Positions 12,246 to 25,630 of a stretch of 64,000 nucleotides of DNA are shown one piece after another. A program made the position numbers and the translations under genes. The stretch covers positions 90,562,953 through 90,626,952 of the forward strand of contig NC_068986.1 of NCBI RefSeq assembly GCF_001194135.2, read 5' to 3'. Source of the DNA: Octopus bimaculoides. Lineage: Eukaryota. Numbering within the stretch: the first letter of the stretch is position 1; the number at the start of each line of letters is the position of its first letter. Under the pieces are notes generated by a model. The model was not told the DNA's origin and did no database searches. It saw only the letters and a list, made by a program, of their open reading frames with translations.

Positions 12246-12865
12246 TCTGTGTGTTGTGTATGCATGTATGTATGTATGTACGTATGTATGTATGTATCGA
12301 TGGATGGATGGATGGTTGTATGCATTATGTTGAACGAATGAGAGGAGTACGCAATGCAACTTGTAGAATATATGGTTTATTGAAGCTTCTATAAACATAA
12401 TTTATCAACTTTAGCCTCTCTTAAAAGTAAACAAAGTGATTACATTTCAATTTTTTTCTTATTTCTCTGAGGACAAAAAGAAAAAAAAATTGGGGTCGAT
12501 GTGTCTGCCTTGTAGTGTTTTGAGAAGTTCATAAAACATTATACTCATTTGTCCTTATAAATAACAATAAAGTACATTTGTACCTTTTAGCTATTTAAAG
12601 ACTAGGACACAGTTTAACTAGCTCGTCTAATTTGCATTATAGTGCATGCGCTGAAATGTAAAGTATACGTTCTTGTGATAAACATACAGTTTTATACTCG
12701 ATGTGAAAAATAATGCTGTTATACTACAGTTTCTGCTTTTAGCTTGCAGTTTTTCATTAAAATATCTTTGTTACAAACAGTCTAGTTATATCACTAATTT
12801 CAAACAACATGTTATACATTACTGACAACAGAGAGATTAAAGAGCATCGAAAATAGAATTTGCAA

Positions 12866-12948
12866 TTAACAGCCTTTCAGTTCTTTAGAAGCCATTTCAT
12901 CCAAGATCGGTTCCTTCCAGGTTGCGTAAATGTGCTGCATCGTGCAAA
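12866..12948 (-). CDS. Candidate terminal exon of Cys-rich gene A ((V)CTMQHIYATWKEPILDEMASKELKGC*)
   Basis: Strong acceptor TTGTCTTATTTTCCAG; the phase-1 frame matches the upstream exon and runs to TAA, followed by UTR-like sequence. Confidence 0.55.
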
Positions 12949-13110
12949 CTGGAAAATAAGACAATATTTAAAAATGCAATTCTAATTAATTTGTTCAGCA
13001 TAGAAAGGAATATTGATCACAATGAATTAGAGTCTCATGAACTAAAACAGCGGAAATTATCGGGGATTATGATAAAAACAAGGGAGATAATTAAAAAATC
13101 CTGAACATTT

Positions 13111-13314
13111 GACTGCGGCCATGCTGGAGCACCGCCTTTAGTCGAGCAAATCGACCCCAAGACTTATTCTTTGTAAGCCTAGTACTTATTCTATCGATCT
13201 CTTTTTGCCGAACCGCTAAGTTACGGGGACGTAAACACACTAGCATCGGTTGTCAAGCGATGGTGGGGGGGGGGNNNNNNNNNNNNNNNNNNNNNNNNNN
13301 NNNNNNNNNNNNNN

Positions 13315-13352
<38 letters not shown>

Positions 13353-13509
13353 GACGGGCTTCTTTCAGTTTCCGTCTACCAAATCCACTCACAAGGCTTT
13401 GGTCGGCCCGAGGCTATAGCAGAAGACACTTGCCCAAGGTGCCACGCAGTGGGACTGAACCCGGAACCATGTGGTTGGTAAGCAAGCTACTTACCACACA
13501 GCCACTCCT
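13111..13509 (-). mobile_element. SINE family B, full length (internal N gap)
   Basis: Reverse complement of 29641-30041. Confidence 0.95.
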
Positions 13510-13699
13510 GGGTAGGTTTTTGATTATTTTCCCTCTTCACTGGAAGGAAATTTGAAATCGAAGGTTCATCACTTATATTATTAATTTTTATCATTGGATC
13601 ATATATTTTAATCATATACCTCATACCTATTGAATCAAATGTTTTACATTCGAGTCCCTAGATTGATTCGAATTTTTTTTAATTAACTAATCCCGTAAT

Positions 13700-13925
13700 T
13701 TGTAATTGAACGGTAGAGTGCCCATCCAGACTATTTGATGTTGCTGTGCACCGCTGGTCACAATGCTCTTTCTTATATTGTAGCTTTCGCATGATACTAC
13801 TCTTCTGGATAGCAGGTTTGCAGTTGAATAGACGGGAAGTGAAGTGTTTTGCTCAAGAACACTACGCACCACTGGTCTAGGAATCGAAACCACGACTATT
13901 CGATCATCCTTAGTGCAACACCTGA
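13700..13925 (-). mobile_element. tRNA-derived SINE family C-like fragment
   Basis: Minus strand ggtttcgattcct...gtgttcttgagcaaaacactt, a core shared with 56243-56458. Confidence 0.7.
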
Positions 13926-14108
13926 ACCATGAAGAATTTCAGTCGGACGAATCGATCCTAGTCTTTCTTTTCTTAAAACCTGGTACTTGTTCTGTTAGTC
14001 ACTTTTGCGAACCACCAAATTTTGGGGAGCTAAACACACCAACACGAGGGACAAATACAGACGCTAAACACACAAACACACACAGAAAGTATGCAACAGT
14101 TTACTTAC

Positions 14109-14243
14109 CCAAATTTTTGTCTACACGAATCCGCGCAATAGTCTTCTTCGTAATGCTGCAGGTAAATGTTACACAATGATTCTTGAAAATACCAGGCAGT
14201 TTATCACCATCTTTCAAGCAATTTCCTTTATTATCTTTACAAA
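14109..14243 (-). CDS. Internal exon of Cys-rich gene A (CKDNKGNCLKDGDKLPGIFKNHCVTFTCSITKKTIARIRVDKNL)
   Basis: Acceptor CGTGTTTTCAG, donor G|GTAAGT, 135 nt phase1-phase1, 44 open codons with 4 Cys; similar to the exon at 58388-58507. Confidence 0.75.
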
Positions 14244-14314
14244 CTGAAAACACGATCGAAAATTATCGTTATGACCTGCTGAGATATGCACTTGCAAAAA
14301 TGGATAGCGATCTC

Positions 14315-14389
<75 letters not shown>

Positions 14390-15299
14390 NNNNNNNNNNN
14401 NNNNNNNNNNNNNNNNNNNNNNNNNNNNNNNNNNNNNNNNNNNNNNNNNNNNNNNNNNNNNNNNNNNNNNNNNNNNNNNNNNNNNNNNNNNNNNNNNNNN
14501 NNNNNNNNNNNNNNNNNNNNNNNNNNNNNNNNNNNNNNNNNNNNNNNNNNNNNNNNNNNNNNNNNNNNNNNNNNNNNNNNNNNNNNNNNNNNNNNNNNNN
14601 NNNNNNNNNNNNNNNNNNNNNNNNNNNNNNNNNNNNNNNNNNNNNNNNNNNNNNNNNNNNNNNNNNNNNNNNNNNNNNNNNNNNNNNNNNNNNNNNNNNN
14701 NNNNNNNNNNNNNNNNNNNNNNNNNNNNNNNNNNNNNNNNNNNNNNNNNNNNNNNNNNNNNNNNNNNNNNNNNNNNNNNNNNNNNNNNNNNNNNNNNNNN
14801 NNNNNNNNNNNNNNNNNNNNNNNNNNNNNNNNNNNNNNNNNNNNNNNNNNNNNNNNNNNNNNNNNNNNNNNNNNNNNNNNNNNNNNNNNNNNNNNNNNNN
14901 NNNNNNNNNNNNNNNNNNNNNNNNNNNNNNNNNNNNNNNNNNNNNNNNNNNNNNNNNNNNNNNNNNNNNNNNNNNNNNNNNNNNNNNNNNNNNNNNNNNN
15001 NNNNNNNNNNNNNNNNNNNNNNNNNNNNNNNNNNNNNNNNNNNNNNNNNNNNNNNNNNNNNNNNNNNNNNNNNNNNNNNNNNNNNNNNNNNNNNNNNNNN
15101 NNNNNNNNNNNNNNNNNNNNNNNNNNNNNNNNNNNNNNNNNNNNNNNNNNNNNNNNNNNNNNNNNNNNNNNNNNNNNNNNTATATATATATATATATATA
15201 TATATTAACCATAAGGACTCACTTTTACATGTATATAAATATTCAATCCTGAATATTTGCTGGTGATTGTGTGTGTGTGTGTGTGTGTGTAAAAATAGG

Positions 15300-16270
15300 A
15301 ATAGAACTAAATGATATAGACGCTACCTCATATAGGCCAGGAATGGAAGCACATTGTACGCCGTTCCTAGAAGAAATCGCAACCTGATTGTTTTCATTTT
15401 CTACAGCACGTTCCATGATAGCTTCCCTTGCCCATCTGTCCCACATGTCACCCATGCACATTGGCTTCTTAAACTTGATTGAAGTAGTGGCACGCTCCTC
15501 CTCTTCCATATAGCAATATCCTTGGTCACAACATCTCAAATGTTCTTGTTTAGGCAAATTATCCATTGGTTCTGCATGTCCTACTCTTGTCCTTGTGTCT
15601 TTCACCGCAATTACCAATTTTTTCTTTTCTAAGGTGATCTCTGTCACCTTATCTTTTTACACATACCATTCCATTCCTGACAACATCTGGACTAGCGACA
15701 AGAACAATATCAGAATGTAAAAAAAAATCTAATGTTTTGTCTTATCAGTGCATGGGAAACTGACCCGTAAATATTTATTCAGTCAACACAGACAACTTAG
15801 GGAGTCTTTTTTTACTCTTCTAACCATGTTGAATGAAGCTCCAAATCATTTGAGCAGGCTCAGGAACAGACGCGTTTATGAATTAATTCAGTGGCAGGAA
15901 CTTTGACATCCTTCTTGTCAGCAAACCATAAGATATTTCACTCCCTTTATTTTGAGTTAGAATGTCGGGCTTAACTAATCGAACGACGATATCATCTCCT
16001 TTCTTATGCATCTCTCTATTAAGCCCCAGTCCTGCTTTGCTGCCCCGTTTCCCAACGATCTCTACAATATGCTGCTCAACTATACTCTGGGATGCTCTGG
16101 CAATATTTGTTAAACTTGTATGATGTATCACTGTTACCTGGGGTACCTTTAGATCTCACCTTCGCAAACATCTCATCTCCTTTGATTTTGAAATCTGAAC
16201 GGTTGAAATGGATCTCAGGCGCTGGTGAGAACAACTCCTCAGTGAATAGATGTTGGGGGACACCATGAAG
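15300..16270 (-). mobile_element. HERO/NeSL-type (R2 group) non-LTR retrotransposon RT fragment, internally deleted
   Basis: Broken frames give KVRSKGTPG..SYK..KYC, YGLLTRRMSKFL..N.FINASV, MIWSFIQ and VVCVD*INIYGSVSHALIRQNIRFF (RT motif region). Confidence 0.7.
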
Positions 16271-16385
16271 AGTTTCTCAATTTATTTTTTCTTGCCAAAT
16301 ATTAAGAAAAAGACCATCACGAAATATAATATCTGCTTCAACACACGATTTCACATCAGGAATCTTGCAAAACAAATTCATAATC

Positions 16386-16424
<39 letters not shown>

Positions 16425-18491
16425 CACACGCACGCACGGGCGCACAAACACAAACGCACACACACACACACACACATACATGTGTGTATGTGTGTGTATA
16501 TATATATATATACATACATACTATATATAAATGTATATAAATATATATATACATATATCATACATACATATATATGAATGTAATAAAAACAGACGAATGA
16601 GTTGTTCGGTATTGCTACAATTGTGTTGTTGAGAGTATTTATTGTGACGTATGCATAGTACAACCAACTATATGCATAATACCCATAAGATTACGTAATA
16701 TGTCACGCAACTCCGCAAGTTGCTAAATAAACAAGCGAGCAATGACACGGTGATTAATCAACAGATCAACAACAATGAAAATTTCTTGTCAGATTTACCA
16801 ACATTTAAGAAATGTAAAGCGGGTTTTGATCAACGAAAATGGATAACAAGGTAATGCTGTAAAAGAAAAAACGGTTAAAGTTATTTATATTCTATCGATG
16901 TCGTTCAACTTAGCAACTTCATTCATCAAAGCTTGTAGTAGCAGAACGTGTTTGTATACCGGCACCAAGCGTGATATCTGACTCAATCAAAATATGTTGA
17001 AAGAATAGCCGCCGACCCAATTCATAAAAAACTATTTACAGTGTTGTATTGTTTTGAAGTTATCTACATTAAAAATTGACCTGGTTGATAAAATCCAGTG
17101 TTACTTATTCACTCAATTAACCTTGATAAACGTGCTTCGATAATTAATACTGAATCAATAGAATATTAGCTTTAATCAATGGAGGATCAGTTAATTATAA
17201 TTCAGGAAGAATGGCTTAAAGAAAGCCGTAGTTTAACGAAGTTCCCTCGAAATTTAAGAGAGGGAGGGAAAAGAAGAATATGGAGGAAAAAGAAAAGAAA
17301 TAATAGAAAGGTAATACAATAAATTAAATAGAATGACTGGTCAACACATTGACAGGAAGGTGATATTGGCATAAACGAATAATTATGCATCGTTGACTAA
17401 TGAAAGTATTATAGGCAATAATCGGTGCTAACTTAGATATATGTCAATAAATTTGCGCACTTATTTTAGTTAGATATCGAGATTTATAAACATCAGTTAT
17501 TTAGCAGCAGAGAAGTTAGGAGCTGAATGCCCTAAATAATAAAGAAGGAAAACAGAACAGAAAATAATGAAAAACTATTGACCCACCGTTTCTACTGATC
17601 AATATTGTCACAATATTATTTAGAATAAAACTAGCCAAATAAGATAATACATGTTCAGTAGATCGCTAACACACTACTATAAATATTTAAAACTATTGAG
17701 AGTAATGAGAAAAAGTTAGAGAGCTTATAAAAATCATAAAGAATTATAAAGGCCATACATGCTAATTAATGGTAAATTAATTTGTAGGACTAAAACAAAT
17801 TATAAAGAATTTTAAAGGGAGATAATGCAAATATTATTCGTATATCGTCTAAGGCTAGAAGTAAATAGAAAAGGTTAAATAAATTATATTAAATATCGAT
17901 CAAGTCGATACATTCTTGATATTAGTTGTTAGAACTAAGGGAAGGCAAAAATAGCTTAAATATGATCAGTTACAAACATAATAGCATAGAAGATGCTATC
18001 TAAAATTATCCATGAATCTTATTATTAGTGATAAGGTCTATATTACAGGGATATATACATACGCATCTGATACTCAGGAGAGACTTTATAGAGTCGATTT
18101 AAAGCATTAGAAAGTACTTTGGATAGAATGCAGGCATTTCATCCTTAATTCATCTGACCTATTAATAACACCACCCGTGTATTTTAAGAGTTTCGCTTCG
18201 TCTCTTCTTTTAAATGTATGGCGATGATTACGTCATCTTGATGTAAAAATAGAAGTGGATCCCACGTAAGTGAAAGCACATTGATTAATTTTAACGTTAC
18301 ATTTATATATTGTATTTTTATCCTAGCGGACATTGAGATTTATTCCTCCAGTTACATAATATAGTTACTGTTGAAGTGCAAATATTATGGGTTACATAAT
18401 CTGCACCAATATACGGTACCCAATCATAATCAGTAGAATTGTTATGCGTGGTAACCACTCCATCGACAATATATTACCAAAATGCATATGC

Positions 18492-18532
<41 letters not shown>

Positions 18533-20602
18533 GTGTGCCGGTGATATGAATTCGAGCAACAATGACGTAGAAAAGTATATTACATGGCATACAAGATAAA
18601 CTCTTCATCTATTGTGAATTACCTTCCCTTCTAGGGAAAGTAAACAAGTACCTAGCTTCAGTGGTAACTGACTGAATGAGAAGAGTAAATTTTCCCAAGC
18701 AATAACAAATCTCCAGAAATTAATGCGCCGTTAAAGATGTTGCAACAAGTGCGAAATTCATATCTGTCGCAGTTGCGGTCGCTTCTGAAATTATTTCATT
18801 TCACCTAGCTCTGAAGTATAGAGTGTTTTATAACACAATACGTGTTTAAAAAGATTTTTTTCCGGGCACAAACTGCCGCTTTTGCTGTTTCAACTATACA
18901 GATATATATTTTGTATGTATAGAATTGCTTCTATTACATAATTTGAATTTGTTCTGCTTATGCTAGTGTATAGTTTATATACAAGTTGTATATACTTCAG
19001 AGTAGCTGTTTCGATTTTGTTTCGGGGCTGAGAGGAGTACATGAAATGATAAACTACAATAGCAGCGAAATACGTGACTGTCGACCTCACGGTCACTTCT
19101 GGGACGGTTTCGTTTCCCCTAGCTGTGAAATATATTATGTGTTTTTTTTCACACAATACGTCTGTAAACAGATTTTACACAGACGAAAACCGCAGGCTCT
19201 GGCGTTTCACTCACACACACACACATACATAAATTAAGCTTGTTGTATAGATAGCACACACACACACACACACACACATACACACACACACATGCATACA
19301 CGCACGCACACACATATGTATATAGTGAACGAATGAGATCCAGAGATTCTCAGTATAGATAACACTTTTATAGCGCTCAAATGGTTTCAACTTAATGAGG
19401 GACCATTTCTGCGGGAGTGAAGAGTGGCTATAAGAGGAATGAAATGGAGCAGATATGGAGGCTATCATACGGTAACGAAATTAAATATAACAGCTTGTGT
19501 GTGTGTGTGTGTGTGTGTGTGTATCTATTTATGTATACATGCAAGCAGAAAGAAACCAAAGACTGAAGATTTTCAGTTGATGAATATTTATATATAAATA
19601 TATAGATATCTATATATTAATAGATCAAACTTACACAAAGTACAAACGGCAGCGAATATTAAAGTGGAGAAATTAAGATGTTTTAAGTCCACCAACTGAG
19701 GGCTCGGAGGTCCATTTTAATGTTGGTAGATGTAGTTCACTAAAATATGCAGTCAGTAATGGAAACAAATAGGCATTGGATAAATCGAGCCACCATCATC
19801 AGAGTAGAAAAAAAAAATTATATTTTAGATCATGATGTTGAAAAGTTTAAAGGTGGGATCACCTTTAAACCAGAACGTACAATATTTTCCCCGCCTATAA
19901 ACATGCCATCAATCCACTTCCTACGAAACCATATGTAAGGTCGACCGTGCGAACTCAAAAAGGAGAAATGGTGACGAATGGAAAAACAGGACTCCTTTTA
20001 TTTAAACGTGTCACACGGTCGAACACACAAATATTATATCTATGATGATATACTAATAATATGTCATGCTACGATAACATAGATGACCAGTAATGAAAGA
20101 CCACAACCGTATAAGATGAATAACAGAGATATTTATTGTGGCATTAAAGTGTACGTCTGTGTGAGAGTGTGAATGCGACATATAAGAACATAATCAAAGA
20201 CAGGCCGTCGTACAAAGAAAAGTGTGTATGTGAGTGATACATGTGTGTGTACGTGAGTTATTACAGCAGATGGAAAGAGAGTCAATAACACGTGAGCATT
20301 TATACCAGTTCTTTAGTACACAATAGTATGAGTCTGTATGTGATTCTTGTTATNNNNNNNNNNNNNNNNNNNNNNNNNNNNNNNNNNNNNNNNNNNNNNN
20401 NNNNNNNNNNNNNNNNNNNNNNNNNNNNNNNNNNNNNNNNNNNNNNNNNNNNNNNNNNNNNNNNNNNNNNNNNNNNNNNNNNNNNNNNNNNNNNNNNNNN
20501 NNNNNNNNNNNNNNNNNNNNNNNNNNNNNNNNNNNNNNNNNNNNNNNNNNNNNNNNNNCATAGAAAGTCGTGTAGACGCTGGTGGTGAAGAGGCTGCTTG
20601 GT

Positions 20603-20700
20603 AGTAATCGTGTTGGTCATGACGATGATGCTGGTTAGTAGTAATCGTAGAATCGTGTTGGTCATGACGATGATGCTGGTTAGTAGTCGTAGACTCGTGT
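20603..20700. repeat. 45-bp tandem duplication
   Basis: aatcgtgttggtcatgacgatgatgctggttagtagt occurs twice, with a partial third unit. Confidence 0.9.
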
Positions 20701-20819
20701 TGCTGATGTGGCGACGGCGGTGGTCATCGTTGGCTGGACGAAGCTGTTGAAGTGGTCGCTGACTGATTGTTGCTGCTGCTGTCGTGTGGTACACGGAACA
20801 GTCTCTATAGAGAAACTGG

Positions 20820-21000
20820 ACCGAGACGAATTTGGCCGCCGAGTTAAAGCTATTTATAACACACTTTCGGCTCCCGAAGGCTTCAGAAACATACTCTATC
20901 ACGTGACCTTATTAGGGGCCGTGATTGGTCAGTTTGCGTTCTGGCGGGAACGGTTCGAAGAAGTTGCCGCTTCGAATATTAATCAGTCACGTGATGACAA
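20820..21000 (-). promoter_or_regulatory. Candidate Pol II promoter pointing leftwards
   Basis: CpG-rich; TATAAATA (20851-20858), CACGTG E-boxes (20900-20905, 20988-20993), CCAAT (20924-20928), E2F-like GGCGGGAA (~20943-20950). Confidence 0.45.
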
Positions 21001-22489
21001 GGAATGGGTTCCCTGCTACGCTCGCGTTTGTTTATATTTAAATGAGAAGATTGTATGTAATGGCGATAGTAGTTTTGTATCTAATGGCGATAGGTAGTTT
21101 TGTATGTAATGGCGATCGAGGTGTTAGTTTCACTACACATATTTTCGATCGAGTGTGCATAACTGAAATTTTTCATGATAGTAAATTCAACCACTTCTGT
21201 ATATTCATCAATTTATAAGTACCAGGAATAGTTATAAAATCATAATTTCAACAATTCAAGTCGCATATAATACAAGAAATCTAGAAAGTGGTAAATAACT
21301 ATTCAAGAAATTATAAAAGCGAAACCTGTAGAAAACTATTTGGAATACAATTATGTTAAGGAACATTTTAACTTTTACTTACACGTTTCCAAAATCGATA
21401 TTTTGTTTTTAACGCATATTAATTTCTTACATTCATACAATGTTCTAAATATGCCAAACATATCATTACAAATGCACATTCCGTATAAGTAACATCCGTT
21501 ACATACTGTAAAAGAAATAAAAGGCAAACATTATGTCTATGCTTGGAAGGTGAATAGGCATCTATGATTAGCTTCAGGTTTTGTATACTTGAAATGCTGG
21601 TGAATTGAATTCACTCAAATATGAACTTAGATTTCTGGATGTCAGTAATGTTAAAAGGAAATGTAGAGAAAGTTCGAGAGGGATAAAATGCGCGATAGAT
21701 ATGAGAGAATGTAATGTATAAGGTATCAGGAATTTAAAACGCGAGTAAAAGGACGGAAGTAAAATGGGCAGTAAATTTAGAAAGACAGATTTAGAAAGAC
21801 ATAGATTTGGGAATATTTTTTACATTAATCTTTTTTAGAAGACTTTGCTTTGTAGTGAGTGGGCCAACGGTCTAACAAAAAAAAATTATTATAGACATGT
21901 GTAACGGCTTTAGAAGGGTTACAAAAAAGACAAAAGGGAAGGTGATCCTGTGTCTTTTCTTGGATTGGCGACGTCTGTCGCTTTAAACTAATATCCTTCT
22001 CAACGTAGTCAAGTTTGCTAAGATACCATTATACAGTTGGAATTTTAAAAATTATATTTTCGAGTACAATTACGTCTTGCAAGCTTAGAACTCCAGTGAT
22101 TTATTATTGAGTCATAGTTTAAGCTTATTTCCATTTCCTTTAAATTCAGTACAATATCTGGAGATTTTAATATATTGGAGTGGACGGATAAACGGATAAA
22201 GAAGAGAGAGAGAGAGGTGGGCGGAAGAGAGATTATGGTTCTTATGTTAGTATCGTAGTATAAAGTTTGCAAGTTCAGTGGTATAGATATTATGATAGGA
22301 GTTTAAGAACATTGAAACATACCCGCAGGTTGATATTGAATCGCAACATCAATGGGAAGGACTAGGAGTGAAAGCAAAACTTTTGAAAATGTATTATACA
22401 TCTGTAAGTAAAATAGAATAAACACACGTAAAATATATACACGCCTTTTCATTTAATAAGGATTATGCGTTGATTTATTCTTTTATTCT

Positions 22490-22575
22490 TTAACTGGTTA
22501 CTTTTACAGGACTGCGGTCATGCCGGGGTACCACTCTAAAATGATATAGACGATCGTATCGACCCCAGTATTTAT
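22490..22575 (-). mobile_element. SINE family B tail fragment
   Basis: ctgcggtcatgccggggtaccac...tcgaccccagta. Confidence 0.6.
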
Positions 22576-22600
22576 TCTTCATATCTATTTGTCGAAACTA

Positions 22601-22780
22601 CGAGGGGGTGCTGAAAATGTTCTGGCTTCCCAATTCTTTTTACGTGGCTTAGAAAAGCTGAAGGACCACTGCAATAAGTGTGTGAATCTGAGAGGGGAAT
22701 ATGATGAATAAAATCATAATTACCTGATCTTCCTGTATTTTCTTTTACCCCCAAACCAGGAACTTTTCAGCACGCCCTCG
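22601..22780 (+). mobile_element. Internally deleted mariner (MITE-like), TA-flanked
   Basis: TIRs cgagggggtgctgaaaatgttc / gaacttttcagcacgccctcg, TA on both sides, transposase C-terminus EKLKDHCNKCVNLRGEYDE*. Confidence 0.85.
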
Positions 22781-23956
22781 TATAAATTGCGGAACATAAA
22801 AAGATGGATGCAAATACATACACAGCACACTCAGATGTACACGTATATATGTATGTGTGTATACATACATACGTACATACATACATACATACATACATAC
22901 ATACATACATACATACACACACACAAACGCACATAGATATATACGTGTTGTATGTATGTATGTGTGTGTGTGTGTGTGTGTGTGTATTACCTCCCNNNNN
23001 NNNNNNNNNNNNNNNNNNNNNNNNNNNNNNNNNNNNNNNNNNNNNNNNNNNNNNNNNNNNNNNNNNNNNNNNNNNNNNNNNNNNNNNNNNNNNNNNNNNN
23101 NNNNNNNNNNNNNNNNNNNNNNNNNNNNNNNNNNNNNNNNNNNNNNNNNNNNNNNNNNNNNNNNNNNNNNNNNNNNNNNNNNNNNNNNNNNNNNNNNNNN
23201 NNNNNNNNNNNNNNNNNNNNNNNNNNNNNNNNNNNNNNNNNNNNNNNNNNNNNNNNNNNNNNNNNNNNNNNNNNNNNNNNNNNNNNNNNNNNNNNNNNNN
23301 NNNNNNNNNNNNNNNNNNNNNNNNNNNNNNNNNNNNNNNNNNNNNNNNNNNNNNNNNNNNNNNNNNNNNNNNNNNNNNNNNNNNNNNNNNNNNNNNNNNN
23401 NNNNNNNNNNNNNNNNNNNNNNNNNNNNNNNNNNNNNNNNNNNNNNNNNNNNNNNNNNNNNNNNNNNNNNNNNNNNNNNNNNNNNNNNNNNNNNNNNNNN
23501 NNNNNNNNNNNNNNNNNNNNNNNNNNNNNNNNNNNNNNNNNNNNNNNNNNNNNNNNNNNNNNNNNNNNNNNNNNNNNNNNNNNNNNNNNNNNNNNNNNNN
23601 NNNNNNNNNNNNNNNNNNNNNNNNNNNNNNNNNNNNNNNNNNNNNNNNNNNNNNNNNNNNNNNNNNNNNNNNNNNNNNNNNNNNNNNNNNNNNNNNNNNN
23701 NNNNNNNNNNNNNNNNNNNNNNNNNNNNNNNNNNNNNNNNNNNNNNNNNNNNNNNNNNNNNNNNNNNNNNNNNNNNNNNNNNNNNNNNNNNNNNNNNNNN
23801 NNNNNNNNNNNNNNNNNNNNNNNNNNNNNNNNNNNNNNNNNNNNNNNNNNNNNNNNNNNNNNNNNNNNNNNNNNNNNNNNNNNNNNNNNNNNNNNNNNNN
23901 NNNNNNNNNNNNNNNNNNNNNNNNNNNNNNNNNNNNNNNNNNNNNNNNNNNNNNNN

Positions 23957-24037
23957 TGATAGAATAAGTACTAGGCTTAAAAAATAAGTTCTGAAGTCGA
24001 TTTGTTCCACTAAAACCCTTCAAAGCAGTGGCCCAGC
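23957..24037 (+). mobile_element. SINE family B tail fragment
   Basis: gatagaataagtactaggctt...gtcgatttg...gtggcccagca. Confidence 0.75.
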
Positions 24038-25630
24038 AGAGGTTAGTAATAAAGTCACAGTTTTGACTTGGTAAAAAAAGTTACAGGAAAAATGTTACAA
24101 TTAATTTATGGGGGCTGGTAATAAAGTCACAAGAAAAAAGTCAAAATGCCATCATATTTATATATGTTGGTATTACATGTATGAGAAAAAAAAAAAAGAT
24201 TCACGTTTTGTTCATATCTTAAGCACAGTAAGGTAATCAAACAAAAAAATTTAAGTCAGCATTTTTTTGAAAGTACATGGCATGTACAGATTGAAAACAA
24301 CTTACATAATATCGTGGCATTACATGTATATTCAACGTTTTTAATGATGATGATTAAGACAAATATTCCAGCCAACGCCACGAAGAAATTCTGTCACAGT
24401 CTTGTGGTCCCCCTGTCGAGCAACACACAAGTTGTGAAGGCGTTCTTGTAGCTGCACATAGCGTCGACGAGCTCTTCTTTGAGTGGGGTTGCCAACAGCG
24501 TCCTGCTGGATAATGGTGCTCACTGTCGCTTCTTCACGTTGAAACTATGCAATGACGCGCCAGAGTGAAGGATAGTAGTGAGGTTCAGGAATTTATTATT
24601 CCACCCTTCACAGCTGGCGTTGTTGTTCACGGCATTGTTCATGTTGTTCACAAGCGTTGTTGTTCATGGTGGCGTCCTGCACATTCTGTAGGTGAGGGGC
24701 AAACATTGGTTGAATGTGACGCATTCTCAGAGGTATCAGAGTATCACCTGACATGGCAACTGGAGCCACTAACATTAAGTACAATCGAAGTACATGAGCA
24801 ACTCCTCGGCTTCAAGTGGATCTTGTGGAATGACAGTTTTGAGGTATCTCATACTTTCATTAACGTCTTCAAGGGGCAAAAAAGCTAGAGCATCAATCAT
24901 GTCACAAAGCAAACGAAACTCAGCATTGGTATTTTAATGTGTTCCCAAACCCAGTTCCTGGATCTTACGCCAAGTAGACTGCGCAAGATGATAGAAACAA
25001 CCTTTGTTCTCTACGTCGGAGCCAAACATTGCAAGAACAGCTCTCAATACACCATCTTCAAAATCAGTCACCACGGTTTGCACATTAATAGAATAGCTTA
25101 GGTCTGCATACTTATCAACTATAGCCTGAAAGAGTTCTTCGTAGGTGGCACGAGTCTTGTTTGAAAGAAGAGCATACACTGAAGTAACAGATGTAAGACC
25201 GAAAGGGACACGAATGGCATAGATCTATTTGAAAATATTTGGAACCTAGCAAAGTTGCCATCCATATATAGAGTATGAACTCCAGCAAAGAGTCTGAGGC
25301 CATCACAAGTACCATACACTAGAATGAGGTTTGCATTTGGTCCGTTATCATAGAGTAAGAACTCTTCGGGATTAGGGCCAACTGTTATAGTATAGACAGT
25401 AGGAAGTTCATTTAGATTTTTTAGCAAACATGGTACAGGAAGAGTAGGCTGTTTGTTGCGCAGAGTTCGTGACTCATTAATTTACCATCAGTTCTGCATA
25501 CATCTTTATACAAATTGATTGACATATTAACCTTAAAACAGTGAGAATTCTACAGTTAGCCTTTCTATTAAAGAAAGACGCAGAAATAGTGCTAACGTTG
25601 CCTTCTTTAAAATTATTTTTTCCTGTGACT
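24038..25630 (-). mobile_element. Mutator-like (MULE) DNA transposon remnant
   Basis: LYMDGNF, YALLSNKTRATYEELF, VVTDFE, GCFYHLAQSTWRKIQELGL (MULE transposase domain); subterminal aaaaaagtcaca repeats at the left end and a matching piece near 25620. Confidence 0.9.

Noticed and set aside
17620-17652. Signal exon for gene A (MYYLIWLVLF)
   Set aside because: In-frame TAA before the GTGGGT donor.
16688-18236. TTACGTAA / TTACGTCA bZIP-like sites suggesting clock regulation
   Set aside because: Isolated 8-mers in AT-rich DNA with no independent support.
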